NCBI GenBank assembly: GCA_963724295.1
Contig: CAVRUC010000005.1
Coordinates: 96,001-160,000, forward strand
Source of the DNA: an uncultured Chloroflexia bacterium
GTDB taxonomy: Bacteria > Chloroflexota > Chloroflexia > Thermomicrobiales > UBA6265
Length of the DNA: 64,000 bases
Reading direction: 5' to 3'
Shown here piece by piece: positions 1 to 8,157 of the stretch; position 1 is the stretch's first letter; every line of letters starts with the position of its first letter. Below the pieces are notes generated by a model that saw only the letters and a program-made list of their open reading frames with translations, was not told where the DNA came from and did not search any database. Position numbers and translations under genes: made by a program.

Positions 1-409
1 GCTTCACGGCCGCCGCCCAGGTCGGCTGCTCGTTGCCCCCGTGCCCGTTGAGCAGTACCAGGCGGCGAAAACCGTTTGCCCAGACCGAGCGGGAGACATC
101 GCACAGCACGGCGATGAAGGTCTCCAGAGAGAGGCTGATTGTCCCGACCTCCCCCATGTTGTAGTGCGTGAATCCCAGGCTGATCGGCGGCGCGACGATG
201 ACGGGAAATTCCTCGATCGCCGCCGCGGCTCGAATCGCCAGGTGGTACGGAATGCTGATGTCGACGTCCTGCGGGCAGTGGGGGCCATGTTGCTCGATCG
301 ACCCAACCGGAACGATCACGACCGGGTTCTGCGCTAGTGCCGCCAGCAATTCATGGCGGAGCAGCTCCTGCCAGAGGACGTTCTTTCCGCTTGTCGGTCG
401 TACGAGCAT
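1..409 (-). CDS. Creatininase/creatinine amidohydrolase family protein (3' end runs off the window)
   Basis: Absent from the ORF track because it has no stop in the window. Manual translation from ATG at 409 gives MLVRPTSGKNVLWQELL...VIVPVGSIEQHGPHCPQDVD...GFRRLVLLNGHGGNEQ, which carries the family motifs PxGSxEQHGPH..D and NGHGGN. Confidence 0.9.
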   Translation of the reverse strand, partial: MLVRPTSGKNVLWQELLRHELLAALAQNPVVIVPVGSIEQHGPHCPQDVDISIPYHLAIRAAAAIEEFPVIVAPPISLGFTHYNMGEVGTISLSLETFIAVLCDVSRSVWANGFRRLVLLNGHGGNEQPTWAAAVK

Positions 410-548
410 CGTGGCGCGCCTCTTTCGTCTGCCGAAATCGAACTCGGGTCAGGACGGGGATTATCGTCATTGCCGCCAGTTCCGACTCGGGTAGACTGGC
501 AACGCCTCCGTCATCCGGCGGATGGCGACGCGGTAACACAGGCAATCG

Positions 549-1235
549 ATGATGAGCGCACCCGCACCGCGCCAGGTTGATCGGGCAATCCTGAGCATTG
601 ACACGTCGAGTGGCCAGGGCGGGGTTGCCCTCTACGACGGTCTGATGCTTTCGACTCGATCCTGGCCGGCCGATCGTTCACACACAACGACCTTGCTCGC
701 CGAGGTCCACCACCTGCTCGACAGAGCCGAGATCAGCGTGCGAGAGCTCGCCGCCGTGGCGGTTGCGACCGGACCGGGGACGTTCACGGGGCTGCGCGTC
801 GGGTTCGGCGTCGCCAAGGGATTTCACCTGGCGAGCGGCGTGCCACTGATCGGCGTGCCGACACTCGAGGCGTCCGCGCTTGCGTTCGCCAACTGCGGGA
901 CTCCCGTCGTCGCGGTCGTCGGCGCCGGCAGGGGTCGGGTCGTGTGGGCCTGGTATGAATCCAGCACCGCGGGTCTCACCCAATCGCATGCGCCGCGGAA
1001 TGGGACACTCAGTGAGTTGGTTGCCGAGTTGAACGGCTCGGGCCCGCTGCTCGTCACTGGCGAGGTCGATGAGGATCAGGCCGAGCTTATCGATTCGATC
1101 GACGGGGTCTCGATCCCACCCCTTGCTCTCCGCATGCGTCACCCCGGTGCTATTGCCGAGCTTGCCTGGAGGCGTTGGCGGGCTGGGCACGTCGATGATG
1201 CCAGCGCGATCGAGCCGGTTTACCTCTCTCGCTGA
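549..1235 (+). CDS. tsaB: tRNA threonylcarbamoyladenosine biosynthesis protein TsaB
   Basis: ILSIDTS, AVATGPGTFTGLRVG and C-terminal IEPVYL motifs; upstream of rimI and tsaD. Confidence 0.95.
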   Translation: MMSAPAPRQVDRAILSIDTSSGQGGVALYDGLMLSTRSWPADRSHTTTLLAEVHHLLDRAEISVRELAAVAVATGPGTFTGLRVGFGVAKGFHLASGVPLIGVPTLEASALAFANCGTPVVAVVGAGRGRVVWAWYESSTAGLTQSHAPRNGTLSELVAELNGSGPLLVTGEVDEDQAELIDSIDGVSIPPLALRMRHPGAIAELAWRRWRAGHVDDASAIEPVYLSR

Positions 1236-1258
1236 TCGCCTTCTGGCCGGCACTCGGT

Positions 1259-1288
1259 TTGCCCGGGACGCCGCGCTGATGCTACCGT
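1259..1288 (+). promoter_or_regulatory. Putative sigma70-type promoter for rimI (possibly leaderless transcript)
   Basis: TTGCCC (1259-1264), 18 nt spacer, TACCGT (1283-1288); ATG lies 7 nt after the -10 box with no SD sequence. Confidence 0.35.
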
Positions 1289-1295
1289 GCCTGAA

Positions 1296-2074
1296 ATGAC
1301 GACCTTGCGGCGCCGCCCCGCTAGCCGCGCCGGCGCGAATGTGGGCGAGCCGGTGTACCGCCTCGACATCATGACCCAGGCCGACGTGCCTGACGTGAGC
1401 CGGGTTGAGAGACGCTGCTTCGCCAACCCCTGGCCGGCCTCCGCATACCGGCGAGAGCTTCAGAATCCCGCCCAGAACCACTACGTTGTCCTTCGCGAGC
1501 AGCTCGCGAGCTCCCTGCCCGTTCAGAAACGGAGATCGGGCAGAACGACGGAGACACTCCCGGTGAAGCAGCGCCGCTCCGCGGACCCGTGCCCCGGCGC
1601 TCCCTGCTGCCAATCGGACGCGGCCGGCAATCGGAGGGCAATGTGCGAGAGCCATCCGCGATCATCGGATTCGCCGGGATGTGGCTGGCATTCGATGAGG
1701 CGCACATAACGACGATCGGCGTCGACCCCGCCCAGAGAGGTCGTGGTCTTGGCGAGCTTCTGCTGCTCTGCATGTTTGATGAAGCGGTCAAGCGCGGCGC
1801 CAACTGGTTGACGCTCGAGGTGCGGGTGACAAATGCCGCGGCGCAAGCGCTGTACCGGAAGTACGGCTTCACCACTCATGGCACCCGCAAGCGCTATTAC
1901 AGCGACAACAACGAAGATGCGCTGATCATGTGGTCTCCTGCGCTTGGCGAAGCGGAGTATCGCGCGGAGGTCGAATCCCGGCGCGCCGCGCTCGCGCGGC
2001 GACTTGGCAATCGCCTGGCCCCGGGTAGTCTGACCCCGTTTCTGGACCCGGCAAGCCGAGCCGGCACGACATGA
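1296..2074 (+). CDS. rimI: Ribosomal protein S18-alanine N-acetyltransferase RimI (one apparent frameshift near 1560-1600)
   Basis: N-half (MTQADVPDVSRVERRCFANPW...ELQNP) is in ORF 1287..1709; C-half (IIGFAGMWLAFDEAHITTIGV...LTLEVRVTNAAAQALYRKYGF...RKRYYSDNNEDALIM) is in ORF 1589..2074; tsaB-rimI-tsaD synteny. Confidence 0.9.
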
Positions 2075-2111
2075 TGGGCGCGCATTCCCTCCCATCCGAG
2101 GGGCAAGCTTC

Positions 2112-3221
2112 GTGATCGTGCTTGGCATCGAGACATCGTGCGATGAGACGTCAGCGGCGGTGGTTTCAGGAGGACGCCGGGTTCTATCCTCGGTCGTATC
2201 CTCGCAATTCGACCTCCATGAGTGCCATGGCGGCGTGGTTCCCGAGCTGGCGGCGAGACGCCATGTGACGGCCATCATCCCGGTGGTCGAGCAGGCGCTA
2301 CGGGAAGCAGGGGTCGATCGCGATGATCTCGACGCCATAGCCGTTACCCAGGGACCGGGGCTCGCTGGAGCGCTGGTCGTCGGCATGAACACGGCCAAGG
2401 GGATGGCGTACGCGCTCGGCCGTCCACTCGTGGCGGTCAACCACCTCGAGGCGCATATCTATGCGAACTGGCTCTGTGACGCACCCGATCTGCCAGAGGA
2501 ACCAGTCTTTCCCATCCTCTGTCTGCTGGTGTCCGGCGGCCACACGGAACTGATCTTGATGACTGGCCACGGCCGCTTCCGCCATCTCGGCCGGACGCTG
2601 GACGATGCCGCTGGTGAGGCATTTGACAAGGGCGCCCGCTTGCTCGGTCTCGGCTTTCCAGGCGGTCCCGCCATCGAGGAGGCCGCTCGTGATGGTGATC
2701 CGCGCACTTTTGAGCTCCCCCGTGCCTGGTTGAGCGGCACGCACGATTTCAGCTTCTCCGGTCTGAAGACGGCACTCCTCCGGCTGACCGAGCCGATGCG
2801 CGTGCCTGAGAGTGACACTCACTCGGAGACAACCTCCGCGACCAGCCCTACCGGGCCGTTTCGGGCTCACCAGGCGCCGGTCTACGCGACGAACTCTCCA
2901 ATTGCCGATCTTGCCGCTGGCTTCCAGCAAGCAATCGTCGAGCCGCTGGCAGTCAAGACTGCCCGGGCCGCGGCCGAGTTCGGCGCTCGCACAGTCGTTC
3001 TCGCCGGTGGGGTCGCGGCCAACTCGCTGCTCCGGGAGCGGCTTAGCCGTGAAGTCCTGGAGCTCTGCGGACCGGATGTGCCGGTCGCCTACCCGGCGTT
3101 CGCCTATTGCACCGACAATGCGGCGATGGTCGCGGGAGCGGCAGCCTGGATCATTCGTCGCGGCGACCTCGTCGGCTGGGAAGCCGATGTCCATCCGCGA
3201 CTGCCACTCATGCGACGTTAG
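2112..3221 (+). CDS. tsaD: tRNA N6-adenosine threonylcarbamoyltransferase TsaD
   Basis: LGIETSCDET, GGVVPELAARRH, NHLEAH, LLVSGGHT, DDAAGEAFDK, FSFSGLKTA and CTDNAAMVA motifs. Confidence 0.97.
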   Translation: MIVLGIETSCDETSAAVVSGGRRVLSSVVSSQFDLHECHGGVVPELAARRHVTAIIPVVEQALREAGVDRDDLDAIAVTQGPGLAGALVVGMNTAKGMAYALGRPLVAVNHLEAHIYANWLCDAPDLPEEPVFPILCLLVSGGHTELILMTGHGRFRHLGRTLDDAAGEAFDKGARLLGLGFPGGPAIEEAARDGDPRTFELPRAWLSGTHDFSFSGLKTALLRLTEPMRVPESDTHSETTSATSPTGPFRAHQAPVYATNSPIADLAAGFQQAIVEPLAVKTARAAAEFGARTVVLAGGVAANSLLRERLSREVLELCGPDVPVAYPAFAYCTDNAAMVAGAAAWIIRRGDLVGWEADVHPRLPLMRR

Positions 3222-3238
3222 AGCCACAACGCACGCCA

Positions 3239-3328
3239 GTGTCATCCCGTGGCACGTGAATCTCGTCGCGGTCCACATGGGTCGCGGCGAGCACCAGACT
3301 CCTCCGACTAGCAGTCCATGGGTAGGAC
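3239..3328. repeat. Degenerate REP-like palindromic element (family A, copy 1)
   Basis: GTGTCATCCCGTGGCACGTGAATCTCGTCGCGG...TCGCGGCGAG; shares GGCACGTG(G)AATCTCGTCG with the element at 37355-37439; intergenic. Confidence 0.6.
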
Positions 3329-3377
3329 TCGAAGCTCGAGATGTGCTGTCGTCAAAACGTGAAAGGCCCGGTTTCGC

Positions 3378-4194
3378 ATGGTGGACCACGTCCTGGAAGA
3401 ATATGCGCGTGAGGCGGCGCAAATCGCTCGCGACGCGGGCGAGATCTTGCGTGAGTCGCTTCGGTCAGCCGCACGAGGTGCGGTACAAGGGCACGATCGA
3501 TCTCGTTACCGAAGCCGACCAGGCAGCGGAGGATCTCATCGCGGACCGACTTCGTACCGTCTGTCCCGAACATGATCTCCTCTGCGAAGAAGGCAGCGTG
3601 GGTGCAACATCAGGCGGGACGTACTGCTGGGTCGTCGATCCACTCGACGGTACGACCAACTTCGCTCATGGGTTGCCGACCTTCGCCGTCTCCATTGCCC
3701 TCGAAGATGCGGGAGTTCCGGTCGTCGGCGTCGTCTACGACCCAATGCGAGATGAGCTGTTCGTCGCCCGCAAAGGCGGCGGCACTACTCTTAACGGCAC
3801 GCCAATCGTCATTTCCGCCGTCGACGAACTCATTGCATCGATCCTCGTAACCGGCTTTTCGTACGACTTCGCGCGCCGCGTGCAGCAGGCCGACGTCTGG
3901 CGCGACTTCCTGACTCGCGTGCAGGCCATCCGGCAGACGGGTTCCGCCGCTCTGAATCTCTGCTACATCGCCGCCGGTCGGCTCGATGGATATTGGGAAC
4001 GGGGCATCTCCCCATGGGATGTCTCCGCCGGGGCCCTGATCGTGACCGAGGCCGGGGGTACGGTGACGGACATGCGCGGCGGGCCGTTTCGTTCTAGCGA
4101 CCGCGAGATCCTCGCCTCGAACGGCAGATTGCACGGGAAATTGCTCGATGTGATCGCCGCGCACGAGGTAGCCATCGAGCGTAGCCAGAACTAA
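3378..4194 (+). CDS. Inositol monophosphatase family protein (SuhB-like; apparent frameshift near 3456)
   Basis: N-terminus MVDHVLEEYAREAAQIARDAGEILRE (ORF 3378) continues in the frame of ORF 2812..4194: KGTIDLVTEAD, EEG, WVVDPLDGTTNFAHG, GSAALNLCYIAAGRLDGYWE, WDVSAG. Confidence 0.92.
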
Positions 4195-4315
4195 GGTCGC
4201 CGACCCATTGCCAGGGCGAACCCATCGGCTATCATGGCGCCACCCATGCGGCACGGCGATGCCTCCATGGAGCGACGCGTTGCTTTCGCGCGCCGGCTTC
4301 GTCAGGAGGGGACCA

Positions 4316-4645
4316 ATGAAGCTCGTAATCGCCATTGTCCAGGACGAAGATACGCCCGCGTTGACCGACGCGCTCGTCGCGGCCGAGCATCGCTTTACGA
4401 AGGTCAGCACGACCGGTTCCTTCTTGCGCACCGGCAACACCAGTCTCCTGATTGGGGTCGAAGACAACCAGGTGCAGGCCGTGCTCGGGATCTTGCGACG
4501 TACATGCCGCCGCCGCACGCAGGTTGCCGTGCCGTACTCGCCCGCGTTGGAGCCAGGATTGCTCTATATGCCGGAAAACTTTGAAGTCGAGGTTGGCGGC
4601 GCCGTTGTGTTCGTGATCGACGTCGCTCAGTTCGAACGTCTCTGA
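4316..4645 (+). CDS. darA: PII-like cyclic-di-AMP receptor (DarA/PstA/YaaQ, DUF970 family)
   Basis: MKLVIAIVQDED...TKVSTTGSFLRTGNTSLLIGVED...VEVGGAVVFVIDV..F; SD AGGAGG upstream of ATG 4316; 109 aa. Confidence 0.9.
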   Translation: MKLVIAIVQDEDTPALTDALVAAEHRFTKVSTTGSFLRTGNTSLLIGVEDNQVQAVLGILRRTCRRRTQVAVPYSPALEPGLLYMPENFEVEVGGAVVFVIDVAQFERL

Positions 4646-4723
4646 TCAACGACGACCTTCGACCCTTCGCCTCCGTCGATCGCGAGGCGCGTCCGCCGTG
4701 TGCAAATGAAAGGACCAGAGTCG

Positions 4724-5911
4724 ATGACGGGCGCTTCCCCGGCCGATCGCGTAAGCAGGGATGAGATCGTGGCGCTCGCCAGCCGCCTCATCTCCATCCC
4801 CAGCACCAGCGGCGAAGAACGCGCGGTCATGGAAGAAGTCGTCCGCTGGTGTGCGTCCGCTGACCTGACGTTCGAGGTGATCGCCTCAGACCATGACCGT
4901 CCCAATGTGATCATCACGCTCGGTGATCCGGCGGCTGGTCCGACCATCGTCATGAACGGCCACCTCGACACCGTTCCAGTGTCGGATCTCGTCGCGTGGA
5001 GGACGGGCCCATACGATCCGACCGTTTCCGACGACGGGAAGAAACTCATTGGTCGCGGAGCGTCCGACATGAAGAGCTCGGTCGCGGTGATGCTTCATGT
5101 CATGGATGTTTTGAAGGACGTGCCGCTGCAGGGCTGCCTGCAGGCGCATATCGTCAGCGACGAAGAGACCGGCGGCGCCCTCGGCACAACGTTTTTGATC
5201 GAGGAGATCGCAGCCGGGCGCCTGCCCCGACCCGATTTCTGCCTCATCGGTGAAAAAAGCGATCTCAAGGTCAGGAATGCTGAACGCGGGCTCCTCGCTG
5301 TCGACGTGACATGTCTGGGGCGCGCGTCACACACCGCGGCGGCACGAGTCACGGGAGTCAATGCCATCGCCAAAGCGTCCAAAGCCATACTCGCGCTCGA
5401 AAAGGACATTGATCGCTTCCATCCCGCCGTTGGGAAGCCGGTAATCAGCGTCAACACGATCCAGGCAGGTGTTGCCCACAACGTGGTTCCGGGAGAATGC
5501 ACCTTCTCGATAGACCGGCGTCTCATTCCCGGTGAGACGCGGGAGTCCGTTGTAGGCGAGATCACGGCAACGCTCGATGGCATCGCCAGCGAGGACCCGA
5601 CGTTCCGCTATGAGCTCGATATCGACCCGCGCAAGGACCACATCCCCGCGAATATCACCGAGGATACGTCGCCGCTGGTGCAGTCGTTGCAAGCCAGTGT
5701 CACGACAGTGACGGGACAGGAGCCCGAATATTTCGTCGCCTGGGCGGGCGCCACGGACGGACGATTCTATCGCCAGGCGGGAATCGACACTGTCGGCTAT
5801 GGACCCGGTGGCGAGAACGCTCACGGCGCTAACGAGGCGGTCCAGATCGACGATCTGGTTACCCAGGCAAAGGTTTATGTCGAAACAATTACTCGCTTGC
5901 TCTGCGCCTGA
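4724..5911 (+). CDS. M20/ArgE/DapE family metallo-deacylase
   Basis: NGHLDTVP, GRGASDMK, DEETGG, IGE, ATDGRF, GYGPG and AHGANE motifs; AAAGGA upstream of ATG 4724. Confidence 0.92.
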   Translation: MTGASPADRVSRDEIVALASRLISIPSTSGEERAVMEEVVRWCASADLTFEVIASDHDRPNVIITLGDPAAGPTIVMNGHLDTVPVSDLVAWRTGPYDPTVSDDGKKLIGRGASDMKSSVAVMLHVMDVLKDVPLQGCLQAHIVSDEETGGALGTTFLIEEIAAGRLPRPDFCLIGEKSDLKVRNAERGLLAVDVTCLGRASHTAAARVTGVNAIAKASKAILALEKDIDRFHPAVGKPVISVNTIQAGVAHNVVPGECTFSIDRRLIPGETRESVVGEITATLDGIASEDPTFRYELDIDPRKDHIPANITEDTSPLVQSLQASVTTVTGQEPEYFVAWAGATDGRFYRQAGIDTVGYGPGGENAHGANEAVQIDDLVTQAKVYVETITRLLCA

Positions 5912-5960
5912 TGCGGTCGTCTCCCCACGTCACGCCGATGGCGGTGCGTGCGCCCTCGAT

Positions 5961-7947
5961 TCACGATTTCGACGGCCTCATGAGATAGCGATCGAACCAC
6001 TCGATGATCCGGTGCATCAGGTCGACCTGATGGGCGCGTTCCTCGATGCCGTGCTTCTCACGTGGGTAGCGAACGAAGCGGACTGGCACACCCAGAGTCT
6101 TCAACGCGCGGAAGTACTCCATGCCTTGAGCGGGATGGACGCGCGCGTCTTCCTCCCCATGCAGGATCAACGTGGGCGTCCGGACCGCCGCCACGTAGCG
6201 TATTGGTGATGATTTCCAGTACTCCTTCATGTGGTGATACGGCTGACCAGGATAGTAGAGGAGGTTCGCGGACGGGATATCACCCTGCCCGTGGTCCGAA
6301 ACCATATTCGCGAGACCGGCGCCCATCACCGCCGCGCGAAAGATCGACGTCTGGGTGATAGTCCACGCCGTGAGGTACCCGCCCCAACTCCAACCGGCAA
6401 TCCCGAGCCGATCCGGATCGGCGATACCTCTGTCCACCATGGCCAAAGCACCTGCCACGAGATCGCGCGATTCACCACCACCGACGTCGTCCTGGAGGAG
6501 CCGCTGCAGCTCTGGTCCGTAGCCGGTGCTCCCTCTCGGGTTGGGCATCAGGACGGCGTAGCCTCGGCTGGCCAGCATTTGCGCCCAGTCGTGCCAGTCG
6601 AGCATCACGCGCTCTTCCCATTGCCAGGAAGGCCCACCGTGCACCTCAACCACGAGTGGATAGCGCGTGCCCGGCTGATAGCCTGCCGGGTATGTCAACA
6701 GGCCCTCGATTTCCACGCCGTCGTCACTTGTCCAGCACACATGCTCAGCCGGTTGCATGCGCCCTCGAAAGTCCTCGCCAAGCGAGGTCACGGGGTGGGC
6801 TTCACCCCCTGCGTCGCCGAGCCAGACCTCTTCGGGGGTCGTCGCATCGCTCCAGATTGCCGCCAGGCGACGTCCGCTCTCAGAGATCGATGCTGAACCC
6901 GAGACGCTGCCATGACCGGCAATTGCGGACGGCAAAATCGGGCTCACGCTCCCGTTCAGGAGATCGACCTTGTAGAGCCGCCCGTGCGTCCTTTCGATAA
7001 TTCGCGCCACCACATGTCCACACGAACCGGAATCAGGAAGTAGCTCCTCCACGTTTCCGGCAAGATCGGGCAGAGCGTCTACTGGCTCTCCACCGGACAG
7101 GGCAACAGTCCAGATAGAGTCTTGAGGCTGATCGCGGTGCCCGTTGGCGCGAACCGCGACGATTGGCCCGTCGTTGGTCTCGACGACGACAGGAGATGAT
7201 GGAGTGGTTTGGAACCGTGCGACATGCCGCGGCAGCGCGCCCTGCGACTGAAATTTGCCACAGGTCGCCGGATCCCAGCGTGGCGTCGTACTCAGGGGCG
7301 TCGGTGGAAATGGCAACCAGGGTCAAGCTGTCAGGTGCCCAGGCGGAGCTTCGCACCTCCCTCTCGCCGGAGGTGAGGCAGCGAGCCCGCTTGGTCTCAA
7401 CGTCCACAACCCACAGGCGCGTAAACCGAGAGTCTTCTTCGACGACGACCGCGTCGTCTCGCTCCTTTTTTCGTGCGGCAACTGCTTCAGGTTCGGGATC
7501 CTTGCGCAAGACGGCTACCCACCGGCCGTCGGGCGACCATTCAGGTTGCGATAGTTCGCCACCGAGTTCGCCCAGCGGCACGGCTTCCCCACCCGAAACG
7601 GAAAGCACGAACAGCCGATAGTCGTCGCCGCCTGGTTTGAGACGATCTGAGCGGAAGAGAATTCGCGAGCCATCGGGTGACCAGCGGGGATCGCAGTCAT
7701 CGGCATTACCAGCAGTGAACTGGCGGGCAGGCAGTCCTTCTCCGGCGATCCAGAGCGAGCGCGTTCGTTTCTCGCCAGCTTTGCCCCCCGCCGACACCAC
7801 GAAGACCACGCGTGATCCGTCCGGCGATATGCGCGGGTCGGCTGGCGTCAGTCGATCCGCGATCTCCTCGGGCGTCAGCGGCGAGTGCCGACTCTGGTCG
7901 GCCGAAGCAGTTACCAGCACCTCGTTTTTTGACGTCGTTGCGGTCAA
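5961..7947 (-). CDS. S9 family peptidase (acylaminoacyl/dipeptidyl peptidase) with N-terminal PD40 propeller; apparent frameshift near 7240
   Basis: PD40 repeats (PRISPDG, PRWSPDG, PEWSPDG) in ORF 7033..7947; catalytic domain VHGGP, GWSWGG, LILHGEEDARV, YPREKHG in ORF 5961..7316. Confidence 0.92.
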
Positions 7948-8157
7948 TCGATCCTCCTGGGACAGTCAGTCTGCACCCCAGTTGCGAAACTGGGGTGCCT
8001 TGGCGACTCGAGCCGTGGTTAACGTCGATGGTAGCCGCCTGCGAACAGCACGCCAACGCCCGGCGTTCAGCGCGCAGGCGGGACGGGCCGGTTACCACGG
8101 AGCCACATAGAATGTCTCTGGAATTCATGGGTGCCAGCGAGGACGAGGACAGCAGCC

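Noticed and set aside
1..409. Mycofactocin peptidase MftE
   Set aside because: Creatininase-family motifs only; no mft genes are visible and the gene is truncated by the window edge.
678..3422. Long antisense ORFs (678..1655, 1523..2440, 2298..3422, and similar at 40839..41915, 42916..43920, 49944..50849, 53302..54444)
   Set aside because: Shadow frames of well-supported genes in high-GC DNA; no family motifs or SD signals.
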